Of a DNA stretch of 48,244 nucleotides, positions 18,661 to 27,602 are shown in pieces. Each line of letters opens with the position of its first letter. Within the stretch, counting starts at the first letter, position 1. A program made the position numbers and the translations under genes. A model generated the notes under the pieces. That model was not told the DNA's origin and did not search any database. It was given only the letters and a program-made list of their open reading frames with translations. The stretch is from an uncultured Gemmatimonadota bacterium (GTDB taxonomy: Bacteria > Blakebacterota > Blakebacteria > Blakebacterales > Blakebacteraceae), in assembly GCA_964576115.1 (NCBI GenBank), contig CAZNUA010000027.1:1-48244 (forward strand), read 5' to 3'.

Positions 18661-20442
18661 ATGACCGTTCGCTCTCACTCCTCCCGTCTCTCTCAGCTCT
18701 GTCCGGTGATCGGCCTCTTCCTGCTGGCGGGAATCCTTACCGCCTGCTCCGGCGCCCCCGAGGGCAGCCGGGTAGCCGATCTGATTCTGACCAACGCCGA
18801 CGTCTACACCATGGAGGCCGACCAGCCGCGGGCTCATGCGGTGGCGATCCAGGGCAACCGCATCGTCGCGGTCGGTTCGAGGAGCAAGGTGATGCGCTGG
18901 CGGGGGATGGGCACCGACGTTCTCAACCTCAAGGGTGCCTTCCTGCTGCCCGGTCTGATCGACGGCCATACGCACTTTGATTCCGCCGGCCGCCTGCTGA
19001 TGGGGGCCAATCTTCTGGCGGTGAGCGACGCCGAAGGGTTGCGGGCCGAGCTGGAGAAGGTCGCCGCCCGAATGCCGGTCGGCGGGGCCATCACGGGAGG
19101 CAGCTGGGGCGCCTACGAATCGTGGGGAGCCGGCTCGACCGGTGAGGAGAAAGAGCAGGCGGGGGAACTCCAGAACCTCTTCCGGCCCGATCGCACCATC
19201 ATCGATCCGGTCACTCCCCGGCACCCGGTCCTGGTCAACCGCTGGGACTCGAGCATGTTCCTGGCCAACACGGCGGCACTGGAACTGTGCGGTGTGGACC
19301 GCAACACCCGGGTGCCCGCCGGAGTCACGATGCACCGCGACGAGACCGGCAGTCCCACCGGACTCTTCGAGGGCGATGCCGGGGCGATCCGCCGCCTCTT
19401 CCGCGACCTGCCACGGCCCACTCACGATCAGCGCCTGGCCGAATCGCGCCTGGCCCTGCAGGCGATGGCCGAGGCAGGCATCACCATGATTCATGACATC
19501 ACCACTCCCGAGCAGCTGCCGATCTACCAGGAACTGTACGCCAACGGCGAGCTGACCGGACGCATCCGGGCCCGCCCGACCCTGGAGAAGGCCGAGTTCC
19601 TGCAGCGGGTGGGGATCACCGAGGGCTTCGGCGATCCCTGGCTGCGGATGGTGGGATTGAAGGACTTCATCGACGGCATCATGGGCTCGTGGGGCGCCAT
19701 GTTCTACGAGCCGTACGAGGACCGTCCCGACCACTACGGCATCTGGCGCAGCCGGGTGACTCCCGATCCGGGGATGCTCGAACTGATCCGCCGCGGCCAC
19801 CTGGCCGGTTTCAGTCCCCACATCCACGCCATCGGTGACAAGGGAGTCGACACTCTGCTGACCATGTACGAGCAGGTGATCCGCGAGTTCGAGCTGACCG
19901 ATCACCGCTGGCGCGTGATCCACGCCCAGGTCGTGGCCGAGAAGGACTTCCCCCGCTTCGGGGAACTGGAGCTGGTGGCCGAGATCAATCCCTACCACCT
20001 CTCCGACGACATGCGCTGGATGGCCGAACGGATCGGGGACCGCTGCCGGGGCGCCTATGCCTTCCGCAGCCTCAAAGACGCCGGGGCGGTGCTGATCATC
20101 GGTTCCGACTGGCCGGGCACCAACGCCGCCATCTACCACCAGCATCCCCGCTACCTGATCCACGCCGCGGTGAACCGGACCACCCTGGAAGGGGAACCGG
20201 AGGGGGGCTGGTACCCCGAGCAGAAGATCACCGTCCACGAGGCGCTCGAGGCTTTCACCATCAACTGCGCCTGGGGCACCTTCGAGGAGGACCAGTTCGG
20301 TTCGATCAAGGTGGGCAAGTACGCTGACTTCACGGTTCTGAACCAGAACCTGCTCGAGATCGATCCGCTGAACATCCTCGAGACCGAGGTGCTCTATACC
20401 ATCGTGGACGGGAAGGTGGTCTACGACAATCCCGACTACTGA
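18661..20442 (+). CDS. Amidohydrolase-3 family (YtcJ-like) lipoprotein
   Basis: PGLIDGHTH, LKDFIDG, HAIGDKG, RVIHAQ, GSDWP, GSIKVGKYADF; ILTAC lipobox. Confidence 0.92.
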   Translation: MTVRSHSSRLSQLCPVIGLFLLAGILTACSGAPEGSRVADLILTNADVYTMEADQPRAHAVAIQGNRIVAVGSRSKVMRWRGMGTDVLNLKGAFLLPGLIDGHTHFDSAGRLLMGANLLAVSDAEGLRAELEKVAARMPVGGAITGGSWGAYESWGAGSTGEEKEQAGELQNLFRPDRTIIDPVTPRHPVLVNRWDSSMFLANTAALELCGVDRNTRVPAGVTMHRDETGSPTGLFEGDAGAIRRLFRDLPRPTHDQRLAESRLALQAMAEAGITMIHDITTPEQLPIYQELYANGELTGRIRARPTLEKAEFLQRVGITEGFGDPWLRMVGLKDFIDGIMGSWGAMFYEPYEDRPDHYGIWRSRVTPDPGMLELIRRGHLAGFSPHIHAIGDKGVDTLLTMYEQVIREFELTDHRWRVIHAQVVAEKDFPRFGELELVAEINPYHLSDDMRWMAERIGDRCRGAYAFRSLKDAGAVLIIGSDWPGTNAAIYHQHPRYLIHAAVNRTTLEGEPEGGWYPEQKITVHEALEAFTINCAWGTFEEDQFGSIKVGKYADFTVLNQNLLEIDPLNILETEVLYTIVDGKVVYDNPDY

Positions 20443-21974
20443 CCTCTGCGCAGTTCGTCGGCCAGAGTAGTCAGCAGTTCCCAGACCGCCCGGACGTCTT
20501 CGGCGCTCGAGCGCAGGTGGCCGATGGCCAGGCGCAGGGTATAGCGGCCCTTGAGCTTGGTGTGGCTCAGGAAGACCTCGCCGCTCTCGTTGGCCCGGTT
20601 CATGACGGCGGCGTTGAAGGTCTCGTAGGCTTCCTCGTCCGGTTCGCCTGCATCCCCGACAGCGGTTTCCTCGACCGCCTCATCTTCTGAACCACGGGCA
20701 GCCCCGCCCGGGTGAAAGCGGAAGCAGAGGGTGGCGAAGTTGACCGGGGCCATCAGCTCGACTCCCTCCTGGGCCTCGATCCGTTCGGCCAGTTCCGAGG
20801 CCAGAGCCATGTGATGGCGCAGCCGCTCGGCGATGCCTTCGGAGCCGAACCAGGCCAGAACCAGCCACAGTTTCAGACTGCGGAAGCGGCGGCCGAGCTG
20901 GATACCGTAGTCCATCAGGTTGACCAGGGCGGGATCGGCGTCACGGTCGCTCGAGAGGTACTCGGGCACCAGGCTGAAGGCGGCCCGCATGACCTCGGGG
21001 CGGCGGGTGAAGAAGGTGCTGCAGTCCATCGGGGTGAAAAGCCATTTGTGCGGGTTGACGACGAAGGAATCGGCCCGCTCGCAGCCGGCCAGCACGTCGC
21101 GCTTTTCGGGCACGATCGCGGCCACCCCCCCGTAGGCGGCATCCACATGCAGCCAGAGGCCGTACTCGTCGCAGATCCGGGCGATAGCGGGCACCGGATC
21201 GATACTCGTGCTCGAAGTCGTGCCCACCGTGGCCACCACTGCCAGGGGGTGCCGGCCCGCGGCCCGGTCTGCCTCGATTGCTTCTCTGAGCAGGTCGGGG
21301 CGCATGCGGTAGATTTCGTCGGTGGCGATCTTGCGTACCCCGTCGACGCCGAAACCGAGCGTGATGGCACCCTTCTCGATCGAGCTGTGAGCTTCCTCGG
21401 AGGCGTAGACTGTCAGCTGAGGCAGTTCGGGCCGGCCGGCCATGCCGCGGGTGCGGATCGCCAGATCGTGGTGATACTCGCGCGCCGCGGCCAGGGCCAG
21501 CATCGAGCTGATCGAGGCGGTGTCCACGATGTGTCCGAAGAAGCTGGCGGGCAGACCGATCATGTCGCGCAGCCACTCCAGGACCCGGATCTCCAGCTCG
21601 GTCCCGGCCGGGCTGGTGCGCCAGAGCATGCAGTTCTGGCTCACCGCCGCGGCCAGCAGTTCTCCCAGCACGGCCGGCCCCGAGGCCGAAGAGGGGAAGT
21701 AGGCCATGTAGCGGGGGGAATTCCAGTGGGTGAAACCGGGGTAGAGGATTTCGCGGAAGTCGGCGAAGAGACGGTCGAATTCGACCCCTGTGGCCGGCGC
21801 CGAGGCCGGCAGGCGGGCGGCGGTGTCACCCGGGGCCAGGCCGGGCAGGATCGGTACTCCCTCGCCGGGTCCGGTACTCAGGTAGTCAGTGATCCAGTCG
21901 ATCAGGAGGTGCCCGGCCCGGCGGAACTCTTCGGGGGGCATGTCCCCCGGCGGCGGACTCGTCGTCTTGTCCAT
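20436..21974 (-). CDS. PLP-dependent aromatic-L-amino-acid decarboxylase (group II)
   Basis: EEFRRAGH, THWNSPRYMAYF, SPAGTELE, HSSIEK, VGTTSSTSID, LHVDAAYGG, PLP lysine motif NPHKW, GRRFRSLKLW; GGAG before ATG 21974. Confidence 0.93.
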   Translation of the reverse strand: MDKTTSPPPGDMPPEEFRRAGHLLIDWITDYLSTGPGEGVPILPGLAPGDTAARLPASAPATGVEFDRLFADFREILYPGFTHWNSPRYMAYFPSSASGPAVLGELLAAAVSQNCMLWRTSPAGTELEIRVLEWLRDMIGLPASFFGHIVDTASISSMLALAAAREYHHDLAIRTRGMAGRPELPQLTVYASEEAHSSIEKGAITLGFGVDGVRKIATDEIYRMRPDLLREAIEADRAAGRHPLAVVATVGTTSSTSIDPVPAIARICDEYGLWLHVDAAYGGVAAIVPEKRDVLAGCERADSFVVNPHKWLFTPMDCSTFFTRRPEVMRAAFSLVPEYLSSDRDADPALVNLMDYGIQLGRRFRSLKLWLVLAWFGSEGIAERLRHHMALASELAERIEAQEGVELMAPVNFATLCFRFHPGGAARGSEDEAVEETAVGDAGEPDEEAYETFNAAVMNRANESGEVFLSHTKLKGRYTLRLAIGHLRSSAEDVRAVWELLTTLADELRRGQ

Positions 21975-22030
21975 GATGGTGTCTCCCGTGCAGGTGAAGC
22001 CTGCATGATCATAGGTGAGATCGGTACCGA

Positions 22031-23506
22031 TCACCACCTCTGTGGTGCCGGGGGCGGATCGGGCGGTACTGCCATCTGCCACCGGGAGAGAACGGGGGCG
22101 TGGATTACCTGCAGGTCGGGAGGGATGGCCAGCGAACCAATGGGGTTGAACGGTGGGGTGTCCGTGATCTCCGCGATCGGGCCGGGGTGCGTCCGGCTGA
22201 TGAATCCCGGCAGGCCCGGAGCCTGAACCATCCCGTCTCCGGGAATACCGATGGTCGGGACGAAGTAGCCGTACACCCAGTTCCCGGCGAGTCGGTCGAC
22301 GAAAACCGTCTCTACCTGATCCAGCTCTCCCTGATCCCGCAGGCTGAGGAGAGCATCAAGGGCTGTCACGACGCCGGGCTGGAAGGGTTTGGAATAGGGT
22401 GAAGGATGGTCCGGAGCCCGGAGATCGTGGGGTGTGACGGCGACCTCGGTGTAGCGGCGGTCCACCGGAGTCTGTTCCGCTGAGGCCGGTACGCTCCCGG
22501 CCTCCGGCGTCCGGGCCGTGATCGTGAGGATCTCGACCGTGTGTCCCGATTCTTCTTCGCGCCGGATCTCCTCCCGGTACGCCCGCCGGAGTTCGGACAC
22601 CCTGTTATCGGCAACGACCCGGATCTTCACTCCGGGTCGCCAGAGGTTCTCATCCCACCGGTCGGTGCACGCGTGGTCCCGATCGGGATCATCGGCCGAC
22701 CCGGCGGCTGATCGTGGAGCACCGAACGACCACCGGTACCAGTACTCCCCGGCGACCCCGTCGATGCTGGTGATCCAGTGGGTTCGGGCCGCCGCGTCGT
22801 ACTCGTACGTGATTGCGATCCCGTTGCGTTCGGCCTCGTCGAGGATCACATCGAACAACGAGAAGAAGCCGCGGGTGAAAACGTCGGGCCGCACGGTCCC
22901 GGGGCGATGTCGCGAGGGCTCGGCGGTAAAGGAACGGTCCAGGATGGTGACGGTCGTCGCCGGGACCGGCAGCGGTTCTCTGGTGCCGTTCAGAACACGC
23001 GCAGGGCTCACCCGATCGGGTGACCGGGTTCCCGCCGGGCCATGGCAGGGGCGGCACTCGTTGCCGACGCCCAGACGGGTGTGCTGTTCGGGCAGCCGGA
23101 TCGATCCGGCGGGGGGCTCATCGCACCGGGGGGAATGGCAGGAATTACAGCTGCTCTGCCAGGGGATGGCGTGCCAGGTGCGACTGGATATGGCGCCCAG
23201 CTGGATCAGATAGAAGCCGTCGGGCAGGGTATACGACCAGATGTTTCCGTTGGTATCCGAGATGTCCGATCCGACCATCTCTCCCTCGGGAGTGATGAAT
23301 GCCAGGGGGACGTCCGGCAGAGGGAACATCCCGGTGCTGTCGGTGTAGACGGTTCCGCCGACCCGGTAGTCGGCGTGGCACTCCAGGCAGTCCTCCCCCG
23401 CGTAATGCACGTTCGACCGCTCGTCGATCGGGGCTGCCGACGGCCACCCGGCCAGGGATGCGACCGTGACTGCAAGCAGGGAGAGCGATGGAGTGGCAGT
23501 CTTCAT
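22031..23506 (-). CDS. Exported triheme c-type cytochrome with an uncharacterised duplicated C-terminal region
   Basis: Signal peptide from MKTATPSLSLLAVTVASLAG; three CxxCH motifs (CLECH, CNSCH, CRPCH). The first 395 aa of the track ORF lie mostly antisense to the next gene and were discarded. Confidence 0.82.
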   Translation of the reverse strand: MKTATPSLSLLAVTVASLAGWPSAAPIDERSNVHYAGEDCLECHADYRVGGTVYTDSTGMFPLPDVPLAFITPEGEMVGSDISDTNGNIWSYTLPDGFYLIQLGAISSRTWHAIPWQSSCNSCHSPRCDEPPAGSIRLPEQHTRLGVGNECRPCHGPAGTRSPDRVSPARVLNGTREPLPVPATTVTILDRSFTAEPSRHRPGTVRPDVFTRGFFSLFDVILDEAERNGIAITYEYDAAARTHWITSIDGVAGEYWYRWSFGAPRSAAGSADDPDRDHACTDRWDENLWRPGVKIRVVADNRVSELRRAYREEIRREEESGHTVEILTITARTPEAGSVPASAEQTPVDRRYTEVAVTPHDLRAPDHPSPYSKPFQPGVVTALDALLSLRDQGELDQVETVFVDRLAGNWVYGYFVPTIGIPGDGMVQAPGLPGFISRTHPGPIAEITDTPPFNPIGSLAIPPDLQVIHAPVLSRWQMAVPPDPPPAPQRW

Positions 23507-23617
23507 CACCAGGGAATATACCGGCCGGGAGGAGAGCGGGCTATTGCTCCCGGGTTGATCGGCAACGCTCGCGGTGCAGCCGGTCATCGAGTATGCTGAG
23601 TTGCGGAGGATAGAACC

Positions 23618-25012
23618 TTGATCGATCTGCTGCGACTGAAGAGTCTCGACCGTCTGGCTGCGTCGCGGTTCTATCCGATGACCATACAGGCCTTCCTCCT
23701 GCTGTGCTTCGCTCTTGTGATCGCGGGGGGCCTGGCGGCGCCGCATGTCTCGGCCCGGATAGCCGGAACCCTGCGGAACACCAACCTGGCGGCGCTCATC
23801 GTCTGGTCTCTCTGGTGGCCGCTGGTCATCATCACCGCGGTTCTCTTCACCCGTGTCTGGTGCCAGGTCTGCCCGATGGAGTTGATCAATTCGCTCCTCA
23901 GCCGGATCGGTCTGAAACGGAAGGTGCCACGCCTGCTGACTTCGGGATGGGGTGGGGCCCTTTTCTACACCCTGATCCTTCTGGGTTTCATACGCACTTT
24001 CAGAGCCAATCGCTTTCCCGACCGCATGGCTCTGTTTTTCCTCGTTCTCCTGGCCGCAGCGGTCTTCATGGGCTTCATGTATGAGAAGCGTGCCTTCTGC
24101 AACTACCTCTGTCCCGTCGGTCGGCTCCTCGGTCTCTACGGTTGCTGTGCCGCTCTCGAGTGGCGCGCTGCCGATCGTGCTGTCTGTCAGGATTGTCAGA
24201 CAAAGGAGTGTATCGACGACGCCCTGGTGTACAGGCTGACCGGCCGGAGTTGTCCCGGCAATCTCTATCCTCCCTCGATCAGGGACAATCGGGAGTGTCA
24301 GCTCTGCACGCAGTGCAGAAAGGTCTGCCCGCACGGCAATCTCAGGCTGTCGCTGCGCAGGCCGATGGCGGATTTCTTCACCGATCTGCGGCTCAGCTCC
24401 CCCGAATTCCTGTTCGTCTTCTTCGTCTCCGGTCTGGCCATCTGGGAGATGGCCGAAGAGTGGGATCCCGCCGAGGCCGTCCTCGAGTTCCTGCCCGACA
24501 GGCTCAGTACGTGGCTGGGGTTTTCCGGGGATGCTGCCAGCTTCCTCCACACCCTGGTCATCTTCGTCCTCATGCCGACCCTGCTCTTCCTGCTTCCGGG
24601 ATGGATCGGAGCGCGCCTGAACAGGGTCTCGCTCCTGGAGTCGGTCAAAATCTTCAGCCTGGTCTTTCTTCCGGTCGTCGCCCTGATCCATCTGCTCAAG
24701 GCGCTGTTCAGGATCACCTCACGTCTGCCCTACTACGCTCTGGCCTTCAAGGATCCGGTGGGGTATGAGACGGCCAACAGGATCGTGGCAGGGGACCTGC
24801 AGCCGGACATGCAGATCGCGACAGCGCTCTTTCCGATCGTGAGCTGGATCGCCGTGCCGGTTCTGGTCGGGATTGTGGTGTATCCCTGGATAATCGGTTT
24901 GAGGAGCCCGGCCTGCGGGAACCTCGAGCGGGGCGGGAGAGTCCCCTACCTGGCCTTCGTAACGCTCTACTCGGTGGTTCTCGCTCTCATCACGGTCATG
25001 GCGAGGTTCTGA
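23618..25012 (+). CDS. Membrane-bound 4Fe-4S binding protein (polyferredoxin, NapH/MauN/CcoG-like)
   Basis: GGAGGA then TTG start; TM helices; WCQVCP, FCNYLCP, CQDCQTKEC..CP, CQLCTQCRKVCP. Confidence 0.88.
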   Translation: MIDLLRLKSLDRLAASRFYPMTIQAFLLLCFALVIAGGLAAPHVSARIAGTLRNTNLAALIVWSLWWPLVIITAVLFTRVWCQVCPMELINSLLSRIGLKRKVPRLLTSGWGGALFYTLILLGFIRTFRANRFPDRMALFFLVLLAAAVFMGFMYEKRAFCNYLCPVGRLLGLYGCCAALEWRAADRAVCQDCQTKECIDDALVYRLTGRSCPGNLYPPSIRDNRECQLCTQCRKVCPHGNLRLSLRRPMADFFTDLRLSSPEFLFVFFVSGLAIWEMAEEWDPAEAVLEFLPDRLSTWLGFSGDAASFLHTLVIFVLMPTLLFLLPGWIGARLNRVSLLESVKIFSLVFLPVVALIHLLKALFRITSRLPYYALAFKDPVGYETANRIVAGDLQPDMQIATALFPIVSWIAVPVLVGIVVYPWIIGLRSPACGNLERGGRVPYLAFVTLYSVVLALITVMARF

Positions 25013-25061
25013 GAGAAGCCCGGGAGGACAGAGGCACGATCGGGGATCCTGAAGGGCCGTT

Positions 25062-25934
25062 TCAGTGAAGGAATGTTCCCAGCCGGTGGAGCATTTCCGC
25101 CCGGTCGGCCGCACCGGAGACACCCAGGATCCCCTGTTCGGTCCGGATCACGCCGACCAGGCCGCGGTAGGGGATCGTGCGATAGAGAACTGTGCGTCCG
25201 GCATGTTCCATTGACTCCCATCGTCCGGCCAGATCATTCCAGGGCGATGGAGCCTCAGGCGGCGGGAGCATCAGGAAGCCCAGCCAGGGCTCCGCACCTT
25301 CTTCGGTGCCGTCGTACTCGGCATACAGGCAGCGGGTGAGTTCGGTGAGCCCGAGGAACCCGCGGGCCTGGTAACCCTCGGTGCCGGCGATCCTTCCCGA
25401 CCGGGGCAGCAGCTCCAGCTCAGCGGGGTAGTCGGCGGACCCGGGCAGCGCACGGGCAAGCGCTGTGAGCAGCGAACGGCCGTTGTCTTGCGTCAATCCT
25501 CCGTCGAGCGTGTTCACTTTGACATAGACGGGGCCTTTGAGCAGCAACGCCTGATAGGGAGGGGAGATGACCGCCTCGACCGCCCCGGGGAACGATTCCC
25601 CCCGGCCCGAACTCTCCAGAGTGAAGATGCCGAACGCATTCAGCGGCGTGCCCATGTCGTAGAGTTCGACGGTCGCCGTGAGACCATCGATCACCGTGAT
25701 ATCATCGGATGAGAGATCTGCGGTGCGGCAGGTCTGCACCCCGTAATCGATGAACAGTTCGGCGGCGCCGTCGATGTGCTCCCACAGGCTGTCGGCGTCG
25801 TAGACCGAGACCTTACCCGCTTTCTTCCAACCGGCGATACCCGGGAAGCCCGGGTTCCCGCCCGCGCAGGCCGCAAGAGCGACCATGGCGAGCGGAAGGC
25901 TCACCGGCAGGATCTTCTTCACAGGGGTCGTCAT
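25062..25934 (-). CDS. Uncharacterised lipoprotein (DUF6599-like)
   Basis: LAAC lipobox; SLWEHIDGAAELFIDYG, VELYDMGTPLNAFGIF, GFLGLTEL; start overlaps the AKR stop. Confidence 0.7.
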   Translation of the reverse strand: MTTPVKKILPVSLPLAMVALAACAGGNPGFPGIAGWKKAGKVSVYDADSLWEHIDGAAELFIDYGVQTCRTADLSSDDITVIDGLTATVELYDMGTPLNAFGIFTLESSGRGESFPGAVEAVISPPYQALLLKGPVYVKVNTLDGGLTQDNGRSLLTALARALPGSADYPAELELLPRSGRIAGTEGYQARGFLGLTELTRCLYAEYDGTEEGAEPWLGFLMLPPPEAPSPWNDLAGRWESMEHAGRTVLYRTIPYRGLVGVIRTEQGILGVSGAADRAEMLHRLGTFLH

Positions 25935-27262
25935 TCCAGAGCCAGATTGCGATGCGCGTGGGCCAGCAGGGTGCGGACCGGGACTTCGTAGGGACAGGCC
26001 GACTCGCAGTATCCCGGGCAGTCGGCGCAGCAGCCGGCGTCGTTAGCCGTCAGGCTGGCGTACTTCTCCATGGCCTGCTTCTGCCGTCCCTGGGCTTCGA
26101 AGTAATGGTTGTAGCGCATGATCGTGTTGACCGGCACGCCCTCGGGGCAGGCGGACTCGCAGATCCCGCAGGCATGCCGGCAGTAGTACCGTCCAAGGGT
26201 GGACTCGTAACCGGTGAGCAGGGTGCCGTCTGCACCGGTCAGCCTGCCTCCCGAGAGGGCGACGAACGCCTCGAGTCCTTCGAAGGTATTGATGGTCGCG
26301 CAGATCGTATGGACGTCGGGATTGGTCAGACAGAACCGGGTGGCCGCTGAACGCGCCTCCGCTTCCGATCGGATACCGTGTTCGGACGTGAACGCCTCAG
26401 CCCGGGCGACGTAAGCTTCGTAGTCCCGGGCCATCTGCCGGGCGGCGTCGGAAACCCGCCGACCGTCCTGTTCGTTGCGCTCGATCGTCTCCCTGATGCC
26501 GGTATAGAGGTTGATCGGATCGGTCTTCATGAGTGTGACGCCCATGTCCCGCTCCCGGCACATCCGGATGATCCTCTCCCCCTGATCCTTCTGCAGGAAG
26601 TTGTAAACGAACAGGGCCACATCGAACCGGCCGTCTTCGGCCGCGGCGCCGATCACATCCTCCATCGGCACCTCCATGCGCCCCCACCACGACTGCTCGA
26701 TGCCGTGATTGGACAGACCCAGGAAGCGCACCTTCCCTTCCGCCTTCAGCTCCCGGGCGGTGCTGTGGAAGGCTTCATGCCTGACCAGGTCGACCTGGTG
26801 GGTCTGGTGGATCATCAGGCAGTCGACGTAGTCGGTCTGCAGGCGCTCCAGGCACCGGAAGAAGCGGTCTCTGATCTCGGTGCGGGAAGCCCCGGCGAAC
26901 TGCAGGTTGAGCTTGGTTGTCAGGAAGAGGGCGCTGCGGTCCCGGCCCCTCAACGCCTGGCCGACCGCCCGTTCGGCCTGCCCGTTCACGTAGTGTTCGG
27001 CCGTATCGATGTAGTTGACTCCCATATCGAGCGCCACCTGAACGACGTTGGCGTTGGTCAGGTTGCCGGTGCCGAAGCCGATGTCCGAGACCCGAAAGCC
27101 GGTCCGGCCCAGGGTGCGGTACTCCCGGATTTTCAATTCGGCGGTCTGTTCCGCACGGACGGTCCCACAGAGACGTCGCCCGGAGACCACCCCACCCCCA
27201 ACCGCTGCCAGACCGGCCGATCTCATGAATCCGCGACGACTGACTCTGCTCTCCGGCTCCAT
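25931..27262 (-). CDS. Tat-exported aldo/keto reductase with C-terminal 4Fe-4S dicluster
   Basis: SRRGFM Tat motif; YRTLGRTG, YIDTAEHY, LTTK, LERLQTDYVD, LMIH; CRHACGICESACP and CADCPGYCESACP. Start is 27262 or 27265. Confidence 0.9.
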   Translation of the reverse strand: MEPESRVSRRGFMRSAGLAAVGGGVVSGRRLCGTVRAEQTAELKIREYRTLGRTGFRVSDIGFGTGNLTNANVVQVALDMGVNYIDTAEHYVNGQAERAVGQALRGRDRSALFLTTKLNLQFAGASRTEIRDRFFRCLERLQTDYVDCLMIHQTHQVDLVRHEAFHSTARELKAEGKVRFLGLSNHGIEQSWWGRMEVPMEDVIGAAAEDGRFDVALFVYNFLQKDQGERIIRMCRERDMGVTLMKTDPINLYTGIRETIERNEQDGRRVSDAARQMARDYEAYVARAEAFTSEHGIRSEAEARSAATRFCLTNPDVHTICATINTFEGLEAFVALSGGRLTGADGTLLTGYESTLGRYYCRHACGICESACPEGVPVNTIMRYNHYFEAQGRQKQAMEKYASLTANDAGCCADCPGYCESACPYEVPVRTLLAHAHRNLALE

Positions 27263-27602
27263 CATAGCCTCCGATTCCACTCGAGTCGGGTTCAGCTCCG
27301 ACCACACGACACCATCACGGCCTGTCAGCTGATGATCCACGCCGGTCAGACCCGTGGCATTCTACTTTCCGAGATCCCTCCAGGCGATGGGAATCCATCG
27401 ATCCCGGCCATCGATACCGTTCCGTGAATCTTCTGAAACCATCTGAAGTGTGGTAACGGGCCCGCCGGTTGTGCGGAACCCTGTGCGGGTGTCTGCTCGT
27501 ACGGAGTGGATGTCGCCGGGATTCTCCGGCGCGCTTGCGTACTGCTGACGATGGACTGATCGGGACCGGCCCTGTCCGGTACCGAACGGAAGGAGACCTC
27601 AG

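Noticed and set aside
7787-20238. Long opposite-strand ORFs (7787-9568, 15878-17569, 18430-20238 and similar ones elsewhere)
   Set aside because: Stop-poor antisense frames typical of high-GC coding DNA; no recognisable motifs, and each overlaps a well-supported gene.
23507-24691. 886-aa version of the cytochrome ORF overlapping the polyferredoxin gene
   Set aside because: The extension is mostly the antisense frame of the polyferredoxin; a signal peptide begins at 23506.
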